DNA from: Octopus bimaculoides
Taxonomy: Eukaryota
Direction of reading: 5' to 3'
DNA length: 64,000 nt
Assembly: GCF_001194135.2 (NCBI RefSeq)
Contig: NC_068981.1
Coordinates: 41,803,314-41,867,313, forward strand
A model generated the notes under the pieces. It had not been told where the DNA came from. It saw nothing but the letters and a program-made list of their open reading frames with translations, and ran no database searches. The number at the start of each line of letters is the position of its first letter. Position 1 is the stretch's first letter. This document shows positions 20,613 to 32,199 of the stretch, piece by piece. Both the position numbers and the translations under genes were made by a program.

Positions 20613-23600
20613 ATATGATTGTGTGTGTGTTTGTCCCCTCAACATCGCTTGACAACCGATGTTGGTGTGTTTACGTCCCCGTAACTTAGCGGTTCGGCAA
20701 AAGAGACCGATAGAATAAGTACTAGGCATCCAAAGAATAAGTCCTGGTGTCGATTTGCTCGACTAAAGGCAGTGCTCCAACATGGTCGCAGTTAAATGAC
20801 TGAAACAAGTAAAAGAGTACATGCTCCCTAATCATGTTTATAATTTTTAATGTTATTTCTAGCACGATGGGCAATAAAATTCATATGATTCCCACAAACA
20901 CACATAACCTTTGGCAGTAAATGAAGAAAATTGTTGACTACAAACAAGCAAAATTTGCCCTGCTCAATACTCTGTATTCGTTGGTCGATAGGTACTCTTG
21001 TAAAAGAGACAGAGGTACTACTTAAGAAGAGTGGACCCGACTCGCTCGTCAGTAGACGCATGCACCTGCGCTAGTCAAAAGGATGCACGTATACGCACAA
21101 GTCAGTGGCACCAGCGATAAAAAAGACAAAAGACCCTTCACATGTATAAATATGTATAAATTGTAAATCGGAGCAGGGGTGGTGGTGGTGGTGTTTGTGT
21201 ACTCTCATCATACTCTTGAATCTGGTTTTATATACTTTCTGATAAGGGGGAGCAGAGTTTTGGAGGAATGATCATTCACAAACACTAAAAATCCTATTTT
21301 GTCTATCTATCTATCTGTGTGTGTGTGTGTCTATTTTCATTCTTTTAGTTGGTTCATTATTTACATTTGACGGGTATTTGTCCTCATCTTGTTTGTTGTT
21401 AACACGTTTCAGCTGATATACCCTCCAGCCTTCATCAGGTGTCTTGGGGATATTTTGAACCTGGGTTCTCATTCCTAAGGTATTTTTCGATGTTGTTGTT
21501 GTTATTATTATTATTATTCTTGAAGGCCAACCACAAATGTGACTATTGACTTCTTGGAAGAATTGTTTGCTTGTTATGGAGTGCCAGATACGATTGTGTC
21601 AGATAATGGCACACAATTCACAGTGAAGGAGTTTAAAATATTCTGTAAGTCAGTCCAGATGAAGCATGTGTTAACTCTGCAATACCATCCAAGGTCAAAT
21701 GGGTTAGCGGAAAGATTTGTTGACACTTTCAAGAGAGCCTTAAGAAAGACCAGATGGGAAGCTTTTGAAGATAGAAGTATGACAAAGTTCTTACAGGTGT
21801 ACAGAATAATACTGAATCCAAATACAGAGTCGAGTAGGTCACCCACGGATTTGATGTTCTTCAGAAAGATTTGTTCTGTGTTTGACAAATTGTTGCCAAG
21901 TAGGAAATGGAAAATACAACATTTGGGAAATAGAATGAAATTTTAAAACTCGGGTGACGAAGTGTATTTTAAAATGTATAAAAATAGAAAACAGGACTGG
22001 GAACAAGGTAATATAACTGGACGTCTGGGTAATGTGATTACGTGGTAAAACTAATTAAAGAAAATATATACCAAAAATCAAGAAAGGTGAGATGAGCCAA
22101 TGGATATATGGTATGACTTGTTCAAGGTCCCAGAACCACAAGTGAAAGCAGAACCGACATGTAGGTCGAACAGGAAAAGAAAATATACAGAAATGATGGA
22201 AATTAATGTCAAGAGAAAGAGATATGCCAGTTTCTCACCAAGGAAATAAAATTATGATAAAAATAAATGAATAAAAAAAAAAGACAAAGCCAATCTCTAA
22301 AAGGAGAGGTGTTGTATGGGAGTAGAACACCCCTATTTGGTTGACTCCTAATGGACTGTGCCACAATATAAATGGACATGCACAGAGAGAATCAGTGAGC
22401 TGTCTAAAGCCGAGAGTTACGTATTGTTGAGTGTAATTACAAGTATTGTGTATCTTGAGTAGAACAATTTGCAAGGACATTATTAATTATCCCCTTACAT
22501 CGTATGTCGAATGTGTGGTACATCACAAATAGATCCGGTAAATTACGCCTTTTGAGATTCACTTCCTTTCCTCCTTGATTAGAGTCAGTTGAAACTCTTC
22601 TCAGCTTTTTCTGCCATTACTTTGTGCTCTGGTTTTCTTCCAGAAATTGAGAACTGCTTTATGAGATCATATGCAGTTTTAACCACAGACCCTTTTGCAC
22701 CAATCTCTATGTCAAGGACTTTGCTTTGAAAGCCAGATTCTCTCAGTCTGATGGCTAAACTGTCAAATTTTTCAGTCTTGTGGATCTGAGCTTCCTCCAT
22801 TCTGCTTTTAAATGACACACTGAGCTCAGTCAGAATCACTTGTTTTGATGAAAGTTAATATAATGTTTGGTCTCATACTATTCTTGTTGATAATATTTGG
22901 GTGATTCTTTCATGGAAGGTCTGCTGAGCACAACCCAATCATTCACTCCATCCAGTAGACCTAGCCTCTATGATCCAATTGGCACAGCTGTTCCAGGATA
23001 CAGTTTTTTGCTCCCTGCTGTATAGAACACTGTTGGCACTTCTGATGTCATCATCTTCCTTCTTGTTGTACAAATCACATGCAAGATTTCTTTAAGCATT
23101 TGTTTGTGCTGCTATGTTTACCTTCCTTGTGGCTTGACAGAGTGGGCATGTAGCATCAGCCAATCCCCCATCCCCTGCCCACTCACAGAGATAATACACA
23201 CACACACACACATGTACATATGCATAATTCATTCACCTCATGCATGTGGTATTTATGCTGTGACCTCTCTCTCTCTTATAGTTCAAAATTGAAGGAGCAC
23301 CCTTCTGTAATAATTTCTTGTCATCATCATCGTTGTTTAACATCTGCTTTCCATGCTGGCATGGGTTTGACGGTTTGATTGAGAATTGGCAAGCTGGGAG
23401 GCTGCATCAGGCTCCAATCTGATTTGGCAAGAACACTGGTATACCTTGAAGGATGAAGGAACAATCTGACTACCCCGGCAGGACTTGAGTTCAAAACAAA
23501 CTAAATACTGTAAACACCATGTCTAATGCTTTAATGATTTTCCTGTAGTCAATTATTCAACTTCAATGTAAACTGATTTATTGTTAGTAAAGTGGGTATA

Positions 23601-26600
23601 GCATAATCTCAGTTAATGGGAATAAATTTGAGTCATACATTGAATTAGCAAATTTAGAAGTAATATAATTTTTGATTTTGAAGAACTTGTCAAACTCTGA
23701 GTGTATGAATCCTTATGAAGCAACCATTTGTATATTTAATAATGAGACCTAGTTATTATTGTCTTGAAGGCTCCTTAATTTGGGAAATTTGACATCTGAA
23801 ATCATCAAGATCATTGTGTGATTTTCATTCAGATTCAGAAATCATTTTTTCTGAAGCATTATGAAGTAATGATGAGCATCAATTGAACAGTTAATTTACT
23901 GGTCTAATTTTCCTTGGTCTAAATTCTTCTACAGATATAATTATGTTTATGTTTTATTATTCTAGTAGCATACCCAGTTTTAGATGAAGCATACTATGAT
24001 GCCATAGTATGTTTGTAGTATTGAGTAGCTTTCTATAGTTTTCCCCAGGTTTGCTCTTGTCTTTAAATTTGTAAGAGAAGAGATTGTATTGTTCATGCTG
24101 TTCTTCAAAGTATTTGTAATATAAGATAAAATGGTAATCAACAATAAAAATCAGGTCTTAGGGTAGGATCACATGGAGACCATTTTTACTGTGTGGCATT
24201 TACCCAACAAAATAAAATTCAATCTGTACATGGATTTTTGAATTTTTTCTCTTGAAGCACAAAGGTTTCAACTACAAAACTTTGAATGATACAGGCAATT
24301 TGAGTTATATTAAACACTGTAAGAAAAATGAATTTATTGAACAATTTGCTTTGCGTATTTAAAGTTATTTTTAGCACTGTAATGTAATTTGAATTAGTTT
24401 TCTAATTGCTTGATAAATATTAATTATAGCTATTCTGTTTTTTTTAAAAGGGAAAGATGAAATAATTTTTGTTACAAAAGAAGATTATGAGAAACCCAGC
24501 ACAGCACTTGTAGCATCAGCTAATGATGAAGATGAAGAACCAGGTAACTTTAATTGTAGTCACTCTGATTATTTAGTTATTGATTTTTCTTATTTCAGAT
24601 ATTGCTGCAATCCAGATGAAGTATTTTGAAGGGATTTTTCTTTTTAGTTTACCCAAATTTTGCTCATAAAGGATGTTTGCAACACTTTCATGGAATTATT
24701 GTTTCTTGTTTGTTTGTTATTTAAACCAGCCATATCTGGCCAAAATATCCAAACTGTTTTATGTTCAAACTGGCCAGACCTGGCCTCTCACACACCCTAC
24801 AATGTCTAAAAACCAACAATCACACTATCAAAATCTCAAAGCTATGAGATAATGCATAATTAATTCAAAACAATGTGAATAAATAAGCATTACATTTGAC
24901 CAAGTAATCTGAATGCTTTCTTGTTGAAAACTTGTTTTAATTACTTGTTATTTAAATTTGAACAGTTTTGAATAATTTTAATATACAGGAGTTAAGAACT
25001 GAATCTATTGCATATCTCTAATGTATAGATAAACCTAGGTGTTTGCTTGTTAGTATAAGTGCAGCATGGCTGTGTCGTTAACTTTGTAACTCTATTGCAC
25101 TGCACATCATGTGCAAGTACCCTCCATTATTGCCTTTAGTTCACCAATGCCTTGTAAGGGGAATTCAATATATGGAACTTGTGCAGAAGCTCATCTTGTG
25201 TGTGTATATATACATACAATGGGTTTCTGTACAGTTTCCATCTACCAATTCTATAGGCCAGTGTTATAGAAGTCACTCGATTTATGTGCTGTGTAGGGGA
25301 CTGAACTCAAAACACATGGTTGTGAAGCAAACTTCTTAACTTCTCACAGTTATGCCTATACCTATTATGCCAGATCTGCCTAACTGGCTCCCGTGCTGGT
25401 GGCACATAAAAGGCACCATCTGAATGTGGCTGATGCCACATTCACTCTGACTGGCTCCTGTGCCAGTGGCCTGTAAAAAGCACGATCTGAACGTGATCGT
25501 TGTTGGTATAGCTGTGGAATAGTGGTTATAATACATCCTTTTGATATATACATAGTGTATAGAAGTGTTTTTATGTACTTTTGTATGTGTATCAACTAGA
25601 AAAACTGTTAAACTGGTACTTTCCAGCCAAATTAATCTGTAGTTGTTCTGCTTGGGTTATATAGACACTCAATACAAACTTCTTTTGGGAAATCCCATTA
25701 CTGAAAGCAACAAATTTGTATTTTTTATTGTATTTTGATAAATGTGTAACTCTTTGTCAAGGATGGAGTTTTTAAAGAGGAAATTGTATACCACATAGAC
25801 CTGACCTAATAAAAAATGTTACACACTTATTTGGATTCAGCACAGATAACATAAAATCAGGAATTTTCACTCTTGGAATACCAATTTGTTTGTCTTTACC
25901 TGTGTAATCACTGATGTTATTGTTCACAAAACATCTTATAAAAAGAAAAATGTTTCTGTTTAGATTCAGATCAGTCATAGCCATTCATTAAATTAATGAA
26001 TGAATATGTGTGTGTGTGTATGTGCATGCATGATGAATGTATGTATGTATGTACATGCATGCATGAATGCATCCATCCATTCATCATGCATTCATGATGA
26101 ATTTCTAAAGAGTTTATGTTTACCAAATTCCACTCACAAGACACTGGTCAGTTCAAGGTTATGGCAAAATACATTTGTCTCAAGTTGTGAAATTGATCTC
26201 AGAACCATGTAGTTCTAAAGTAAGCTTTTTAACCATATAGTTATGCCTGTAGGAATCAGATTTGTTATCAGACAAACAGACTACAAGAAAACCTGTCAGA
26301 TTTATTTCTTAGAGGCATAGCTGTGCAGTTAAGAAGTTTGATTGAGGAGACAGCATAATGACTGTAATAAGCTTTAAAGTTTTGACTATGCAGTCATGGT
26401 TTTGAATGAAACAGTAAAAGCTTTTAATATGTAAATAAAGCAAATAAGCTGCACTTTAATTTAAGAAGAATGATGTCTTCCTTAGTAAACCACAAAACAG
26501 CTCTTAATTAGTAGTCTATGTATTTGTTTAAGTTATACAGATACTTCTGTTCATTAATCAATTTGAGCTTTTAGAACAATTATTCTTTATATGTTGCTGT

Positions 26601-26955
26601 TATAGTTTCATATATATATTTTTTCTTGATTATAGGATTGATTCTTAAAGATGGGAGCATCAACTGGAATTGTCCCTGTCTTGGTGGTATGGCTTCAGGT
26701 CCTTGTGGTGTACAATTCCGAGAAGCATTTTCCTGTTTCCACTATAGTGAAATGCAACCAAAAGGTTCTGAGTGCTATGATGCCTTCAAAAGAATGCAAG
26801 AATGTATGAGCGAATACCCTGATCTTTATCCAAGTAAAGATGAGGAGGAAGTACCAGGAAGTGACTCTAAAAAATTAGAAACTGTTGAAAATAAGGATGA
26901 GTCTCAGACTAATGTGACATCAACACCAGTGCCACCAACTGCAGAAGTATCTTGA
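18822..26955 (+). CDS. CHCHD4: Mitochondrial intermembrane space import and assembly protein 40 (CHCHD4/MIA40), join(18822-18843,24451-24543,26636-26955), 144 aa
   Basis: Spliced product [104 protein letters not shown]...; catalytic CPC, twin CX9C and acidic tail; GT-AG introns, both phase 1. Confidence 0.97.
21401..21443 (-). ncRNA. Hammerhead-like motif lacking the cleavage triplet, in a Penelope-like terminal repeat (about 21360-21520)
   Basis: GACAC-CUGAUGA-A-GGCUG-GAGGGUAUAU-CAGCU-GAAAC-GUGUU; stems I and II pair, NUH absent. Confidence 0.55.
21527..22540 (+). mobile_element. Ty3/Gypsy LTR retrotransposon 3' fragment: integrase core, PPT and 3' LTR
   Basis: ORF 21539..21946: [16 protein letters not shown]...[20 protein letters not shown] (rve D..E); polypurine tract AAAAGGAGAGG 22299-22309 directly followed by TGTTGTA (LTR start, 22310); LTR end not fixed. 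Confidence 0.88.
22555..23130 (-). mobile_element. Degenerate REL-endonuclease non-LTR retrotransposon (HERO-like) C-terminus
   Basis: ORF 22585..22839: [24 protein letters not shown]...[11 protein letters not shown]...MAEKAEKS, equivalent to ELTVPWExRMEEA...xEVGxRGF...AExASRW. Confidence 0.75.
24451..24543 (+). CDS. CHCHD4: CHCHD4 coding exon 2 (93 nt)
   Basis: ttttaaaag|GG AAA GAT...CCA G|gtaact; [13 protein letters not shown]. Confidence 0.94.
26636..26955 (+). CDS. CHCHD4: CHCHD4 coding exon 3 (CPC and twin CX9C, stop TGA)
   Basis: ttatag|GA TTG ATT...; overlaps ORF-track 26626..26955. Confidence 0.97.
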
Positions 26956-28630
26956 CCTATCAATTTAGCTAGCGAAATCATTTATTATTATTTAATAGCA
27001 TTTAGGTTTGTTGATTGTTTCTAGGATTATCAGATTTGATCTGCTAATGTCCTAATGGAATCAAATGTAAACATTTGATTTGTTCTGAGTTTGTTACCCT
27101 TGGCATCACTACCTATACTATTTTTGGTTTATTGAACCAAGTCATTGCTCTGAAAAATCAGGTTGGCTATAGATGAATTTATTTTCAGGATGGTAATATT
27201 TTTATTCAGAAATTCATTAATTAGCTTTATGATATGTATGGTTTTTTTTTTTTTTTAAAATTACGAGTAAACTTTTCTAAATAATTTTTTCATCTAATAT
27301 TTTTATATATTTCAGTTTTTTTTTTATTATCAGTTTATTTCAATAGGTTTATGGTGCATAAAGTTTAATTTTCATTTGCTTTTCATTTGTGAGATTCATT
27401 GAGAGGAAGATTATATCCATTTGAAACTTTTTTCTGATTGTTATTGAATCAGGAATCAATTAAAATGTTAGCAATATATTTACAAAACTCATTAGAAAAT
27501 ATCTCCAACAGATTTCGTTTGAATGAACAAATTCAACTGCTGTTTTTGTATGTGAAATGTTTATTTTATACTCTGTTTTTTTCTCCTGTTAGTGGTGCAG
27601 GAGTGGCATCACACATGATTTTTGTAAGCTCTTACAGACTCATACTATTGCTGTGGTTGATGTCAGCATGGCATTCTGTAGGATGATTCTTGTAAAAATG
27701 TTTAAAAAAAAAAAAACCTATTAGGAAGGATTCCAGAAAGCAATATTTCTGGTGAAGAAAGATTCACTGAAATGTATAGTTTAGAGAGTGAGATGTATCA
27801 GCAGTGATATGAAGAAAGGCAGTTTACATTGGATAGGCTTGGGTGTAGCAGTATGCAGTTTACTAATCCAGAGGTACTGAAACTGTAGTAGTATTAATGG
27901 TAAAAGAGGCAGAAAGACGATACAACACATGGCTGAAACACGTTCATGATTCATCTGAATGTGGTTTAAGATGCTTGGCTGTGTATCAGAAGTGCTCTCA
28001 GACATGTGAGCAAATATTTCTTGTTTTGCAATATTAGTTATTATAATTAAAATAATTTTTGTATAATTTACAAGCCCCAAAAATGCAACCGTATTTAAGA
28101 CATTTCTACATGAATCTAATCATAACTGTCATCAAAACAAAGTGATAGAAGTTTAGAATATATAATTTTTTACAAATGTAAATGCATTTAACAAAATATC
28201 AGGCTTCAGCATGAAGAAAACAGGTTATTTCATATTTTGCAACCTGATTTTAGGTTTCTTTGTAATCAGGTTGCATATTATAAAAGTTTGTCTTCTCAGC
28301 CATGAAGCTTCTAAAATATTCCAGATTCATTTTTCATATATTTTGAATTTAAGCTAGTAATAAAGTTAAATTGCTAAATAACAATAAGATGTAATAGAAC
28401 TTTATTCTTGTTTACAGCTTTTTAATATGCATATTTCTGAGTTAGATGGCTGTAGCATTTATTAGTTTTTGTTAAAAGTCATAGGATAAATGTTATAAAT
28501 AAATATATTTACTAAAAGTATTGGTTGAAATTATCAGTAAATACTAATTTTATTTTTTTTTGACAACTTGGTTGATAACATTTTAAACATTTATATAGAA
28601 TTTTAATTCTTGAATTTATTAATAAAAAAA
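26956..28630 (+). other. Probable long AU-rich 3' UTR of CHCHD4 (end uncertain)
   Basis: U-rich sequence largely free of TEs after the stop; AATAAA candidates near 28350, 28498 and 28621; TE content resumes about 28740. Confidence 0.4.
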
Positions 28631-29284
28631 AGTAAAGAGTTATTAATGCGAGATGCTTTGCAGTTTGTATGTTTCATTTAAAATATTCTTATATTTGTCT
28701 TTAACATTGTTATGTGATTTATGTGTTATGTTGTAGGTATATATTTAGGTCTTCAGGTCAGTTCTAATTCAGCAGACCTGTGATCAATGGGTTTGAGTTG
28801 TGAACCATCTCATTTCTTTTTCAAATATATTTTATTGTAGATTATCCATATTTCTTAAGATGGTAGTGTTTTAGTTGGCTTAATGTGTTACCTTAGTCAC
28901 CAGATATTTACATGAATTATTAGAAAATTCGCTGTTACAAGTGACTGTTTTCCTTAAAAAATAAATCTGCAATGAAAATGGAAAATGAAGAGGAATCTAC
29001 TTTGAATAGCATTTGATCTCATGCTCTTTAATTCTATAATTTTGAAATATACGTTATCTTAGGAAGTGCATCAAGATCCTAACACATGCAACTGTTTTTA
29101 AACCATTTGTATCTTAGTGTAACATTGATTTCTAGATTCTTTCCAGTTTCTGTGTTTTGAAGCAGATAAGACCTACTCCACCAAAGGTAGTGAACTCAAT
29201 GCTACAAACCAACATACTACTTGCAAATTCTGCTGCAATACTGCTGTTGTAAGCAATGAATTTGTTTTCAAAAGTTCTGTTGGA

Positions 29285-29810
29285 GGGGCAGTGCCACTTA
29301 ACTTTTCAGGGCCCTCTTGGAGTAGTGAGGTCATGCAGCACATAGATTGACCCTTGTAGGAAGTAAGTGGAAAAGGATAGAATTCTGGCTGGACAAATTT
29401 CTAGGAAGAAAGGGTTGAATGAAGTGTTTGGTGTGTGGTTTGTGATGGTGAGAAAGAGAGTACAGGGCGTTCAAAGTGGGCTTCGGGAGAGATGGTATGC
29501 AGTTTTTTGGGTCAGGCAAATAGAGTGTTGTTGAAGGTCTAGTAGGAAAGGTGAGCATTTGTGTGACATTTTCCAATCAGCAAGAGATCCTTTTTAGATA
29601 TTATCTTAGACTTTGGTTCCAAATAGGTGAGGTGTTCAGACATTCACTTGTAGTACTAACTTAGAGGTCGATAGGTTTGGCTACTAGAGAGTAATGTTTC
29701 TTGGGTACAAACAACCCAGTGATAGTGACAAGAAATGAACTGCTGACCTTTTGGTTGTCCAGAATAACTGATTTAACCATCTATGCTTCCCTTGTATTTA
29801 TATGGAAATG
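29285..29810 (-). mobile_element. CR1/L2-superclade LINE 3' fragment, degenerate
   Basis: HKPHTKHFIQPFLPR...HLLPTRVNL resembles the RTxHYxxSFFPRT...PxxxNL C-terminal motif; the gagtagtgagg 3' motif recurs near 45150. Confidence 0.5.
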
Positions 29811-31108
29811 AAAATGAGATTGTGACATATACACTCTTCTCAAGGTTGTATGAGCAGTTAAATAGCTATCACTAAATTAAAATTCCACTGAGAATTAAAT
29901 CAATTCTAAGATGCTACTTTTGGCACTGAAGATAAATCAATATGTATTATTTACAATTGGGCAGTGCATTGGCAGAATTGTTAGCATGCTGGGAAAAATA
30001 CTTAGCAACAGTCAGTCACTCTGTTTCGAGTTCAGATTCTGCTGAGGTTAACGTTGCTTTTCATCCTTTTGGGGTTGATAAAATGAGTACCTGTTCAGCA
30101 CTGGGGTCAATATAATTGACTTACCCATCCCCTGAAACTGGTAACCTTGTGTCAAAAGGTGAAACCAATATTATTATTTTCATTATTGGTTTGTTTTTGC
30201 TAGGTACAAGCACATTTTGTGTAAGTGAAACTGTAATGTTGAATACATTTCAGTATATTGTTGGTACTTACTTTATTGATATTCAAGGTTGAAAGGCAAA
30301 GTTTAACTCAGCAGAACTAGACATCAAAGTAATGAAATTGTACAAAATATGACAAAGCTTTTCGCTCTCAGCATGTTTCTTGAAGGAGACATCTTATAGG
30401 AAGGTGAGAACAGCTGTAAAGCATTACTTTTTCCACTTTGATGCTTCATTATACCGAATAAAAAAGTTCTGCTGCAAAACTGTGTATCAGTAATAATTGA
30501 TAATAGTATGAAATCAACAAAGATTCTTACTCATTGATTTATAGTGACTGAGTATACTGCAGACATTTCTCCCTTAGAGTGACCCTTCGGCAGATTCAGC
30601 GTGAAACTATGAGTTGAAGGTTTCACCTTTTAAATTCCAAGTACAATCCATGTATGTATATATTTTTATTCGATTGAGATTTTAATGAGTTTTAGTTATT
30701 GAAACGAGATTAATACAAAGTCGAGCATCCAATTTATAGATGTCGTCAAATTAGTCAACTTAATCTTGGAGAGTTATCTCCCTTTAGTAAGGTCGCACCC
30801 AAAGCACAAGGCATTGGTAAATTCAAAGCTTGTCAACACTTGCCTCACAGTGAGACCGAATCCGAAACCACGTGGTTTATTGCAAGACTCCTGATATGAA
30901 GCCGTGTATTGAAACAGATATTGTTCTATTTCGGGATGGTAATGTTTTTTTTTTTAATGCCCAAATAAACTATATATTCGTTCTTCACTCGTTTATTATT
31001 GTTCTTATTTTAACTCCTGTCCATTGTCCGGAAATCTTTCATCACACATCTGTGACTTCTTCAGCTACACTTTCCGACCTCGTGTGTGCTCCTGCTCCGC
31101 TTAGTCCA

Positions 31109-31109
<1 letters not shown>

Positions 31110-31187
<78 letters not shown>

Positions 31188-31204
31188 ATGTATGTATGTT
31201 TGTG

Positions 31205-31237
<33 letters not shown>

Positions 31238-31240
31238 ATC
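31110..31240. repeat. (TC)n followed by (TA)/(TG) compound microsatellite
   Basis: Direct reading. Confidence 0.95.
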
Positions 31241-31460
31241 GAGGGTATGAGAGGTATTGGTGTCAAGAAGACCCAAAGGTGTCAGGTAATGCTGAATAAG
31301 TGCTATGGACAGACTATAGTTAAACTCCAGGTTCGATAATGATACGAAGGAAGAGTCCAACGTACGTCGTGTATTAGCATGCATATATATATATAAATTA
31401 ACAATGAGATAAAAAAAATCCAAGGCTGTGAATAGTTTACAGAACATTTATAAAGAGAAG

Positions 31461-31508
31461 GTCTTACAGCTATTTCCGGGATACTTTGTATATCCCTTCA
31501 TCAGAGAC
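31461..31508 (-). ncRNA. Minimal type-I hammerhead ribozyme motif (Penelope/retrozyme-like)
   Basis: GUCU-CUGAUGA-A-GGGAUAU-ACAAA-GUAUCCC-G-GAAA-U-AGCU-GUA^AGAC: stem I 4 bp, complete core, stem II 7 bp, 2-bp stem III with palindromic AGCU, GUA cleavage triplet. Confidence 0.7.
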
Positions 31509-32199
31509 GGTGCGAGAAAATGTTTAAGTAATAGTTATTATAGAGAAGATATGAAATACAGAGTGGAGTGGAGGAATGAAAAAAGACGTGAGATACATAA
31601 GGATATTGTATTTGCCGTTCCATTATTTAAGCAGAAATTTGAAATAGGTACAGTGAAGACGTGTCAGAGTTATCTCCCGTACATCCTGAAATAATTTGAA
31701 ATTACGACGTATCCTTAGAGATTAACCAATAGTTTGTGAATAGAATTTAATAAACAGAAATTGCCAGAACCGTGTTATATACTTCTGTGTGCTTACCCGT
31801 GGGTTGAGTTGTGTTTTTTTTATGTTAGAAACCCCAAAACTTTTCAAATTCAATAATAAAGAAAGATAAAATAAGTGCCAACTTGAAATAGATACTGGGG
31901 CTGCGTAGCTGTGTGGTAAGTAGCTTGCTTCCCAACCACATGGTTCTGGGTTCAGTCCCACTGCATGCCACCTTGGGCAAGGGTCGACCAAAGCCTTGTG
32001 ANNNNNNNNNNCATGCCACCTTGGGCAAGGGTCGACCAAAGCCTTGTGAGTGGATTTGGTAGACGGAAACTGAAAGAAGTCCGTCGTATATATATATATA
32101 TATATATTTACATACTAGCTTATGTAAATATATGCGCACGCGCGTGCGTGTATATCTTCATCATCATCAATATATATATATATATATGTTGTTTCGTTC

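Noticed and set aside
20975-21260. Possible solo LTR
   Set aside because: No clear TG...CA termini or TSD found.
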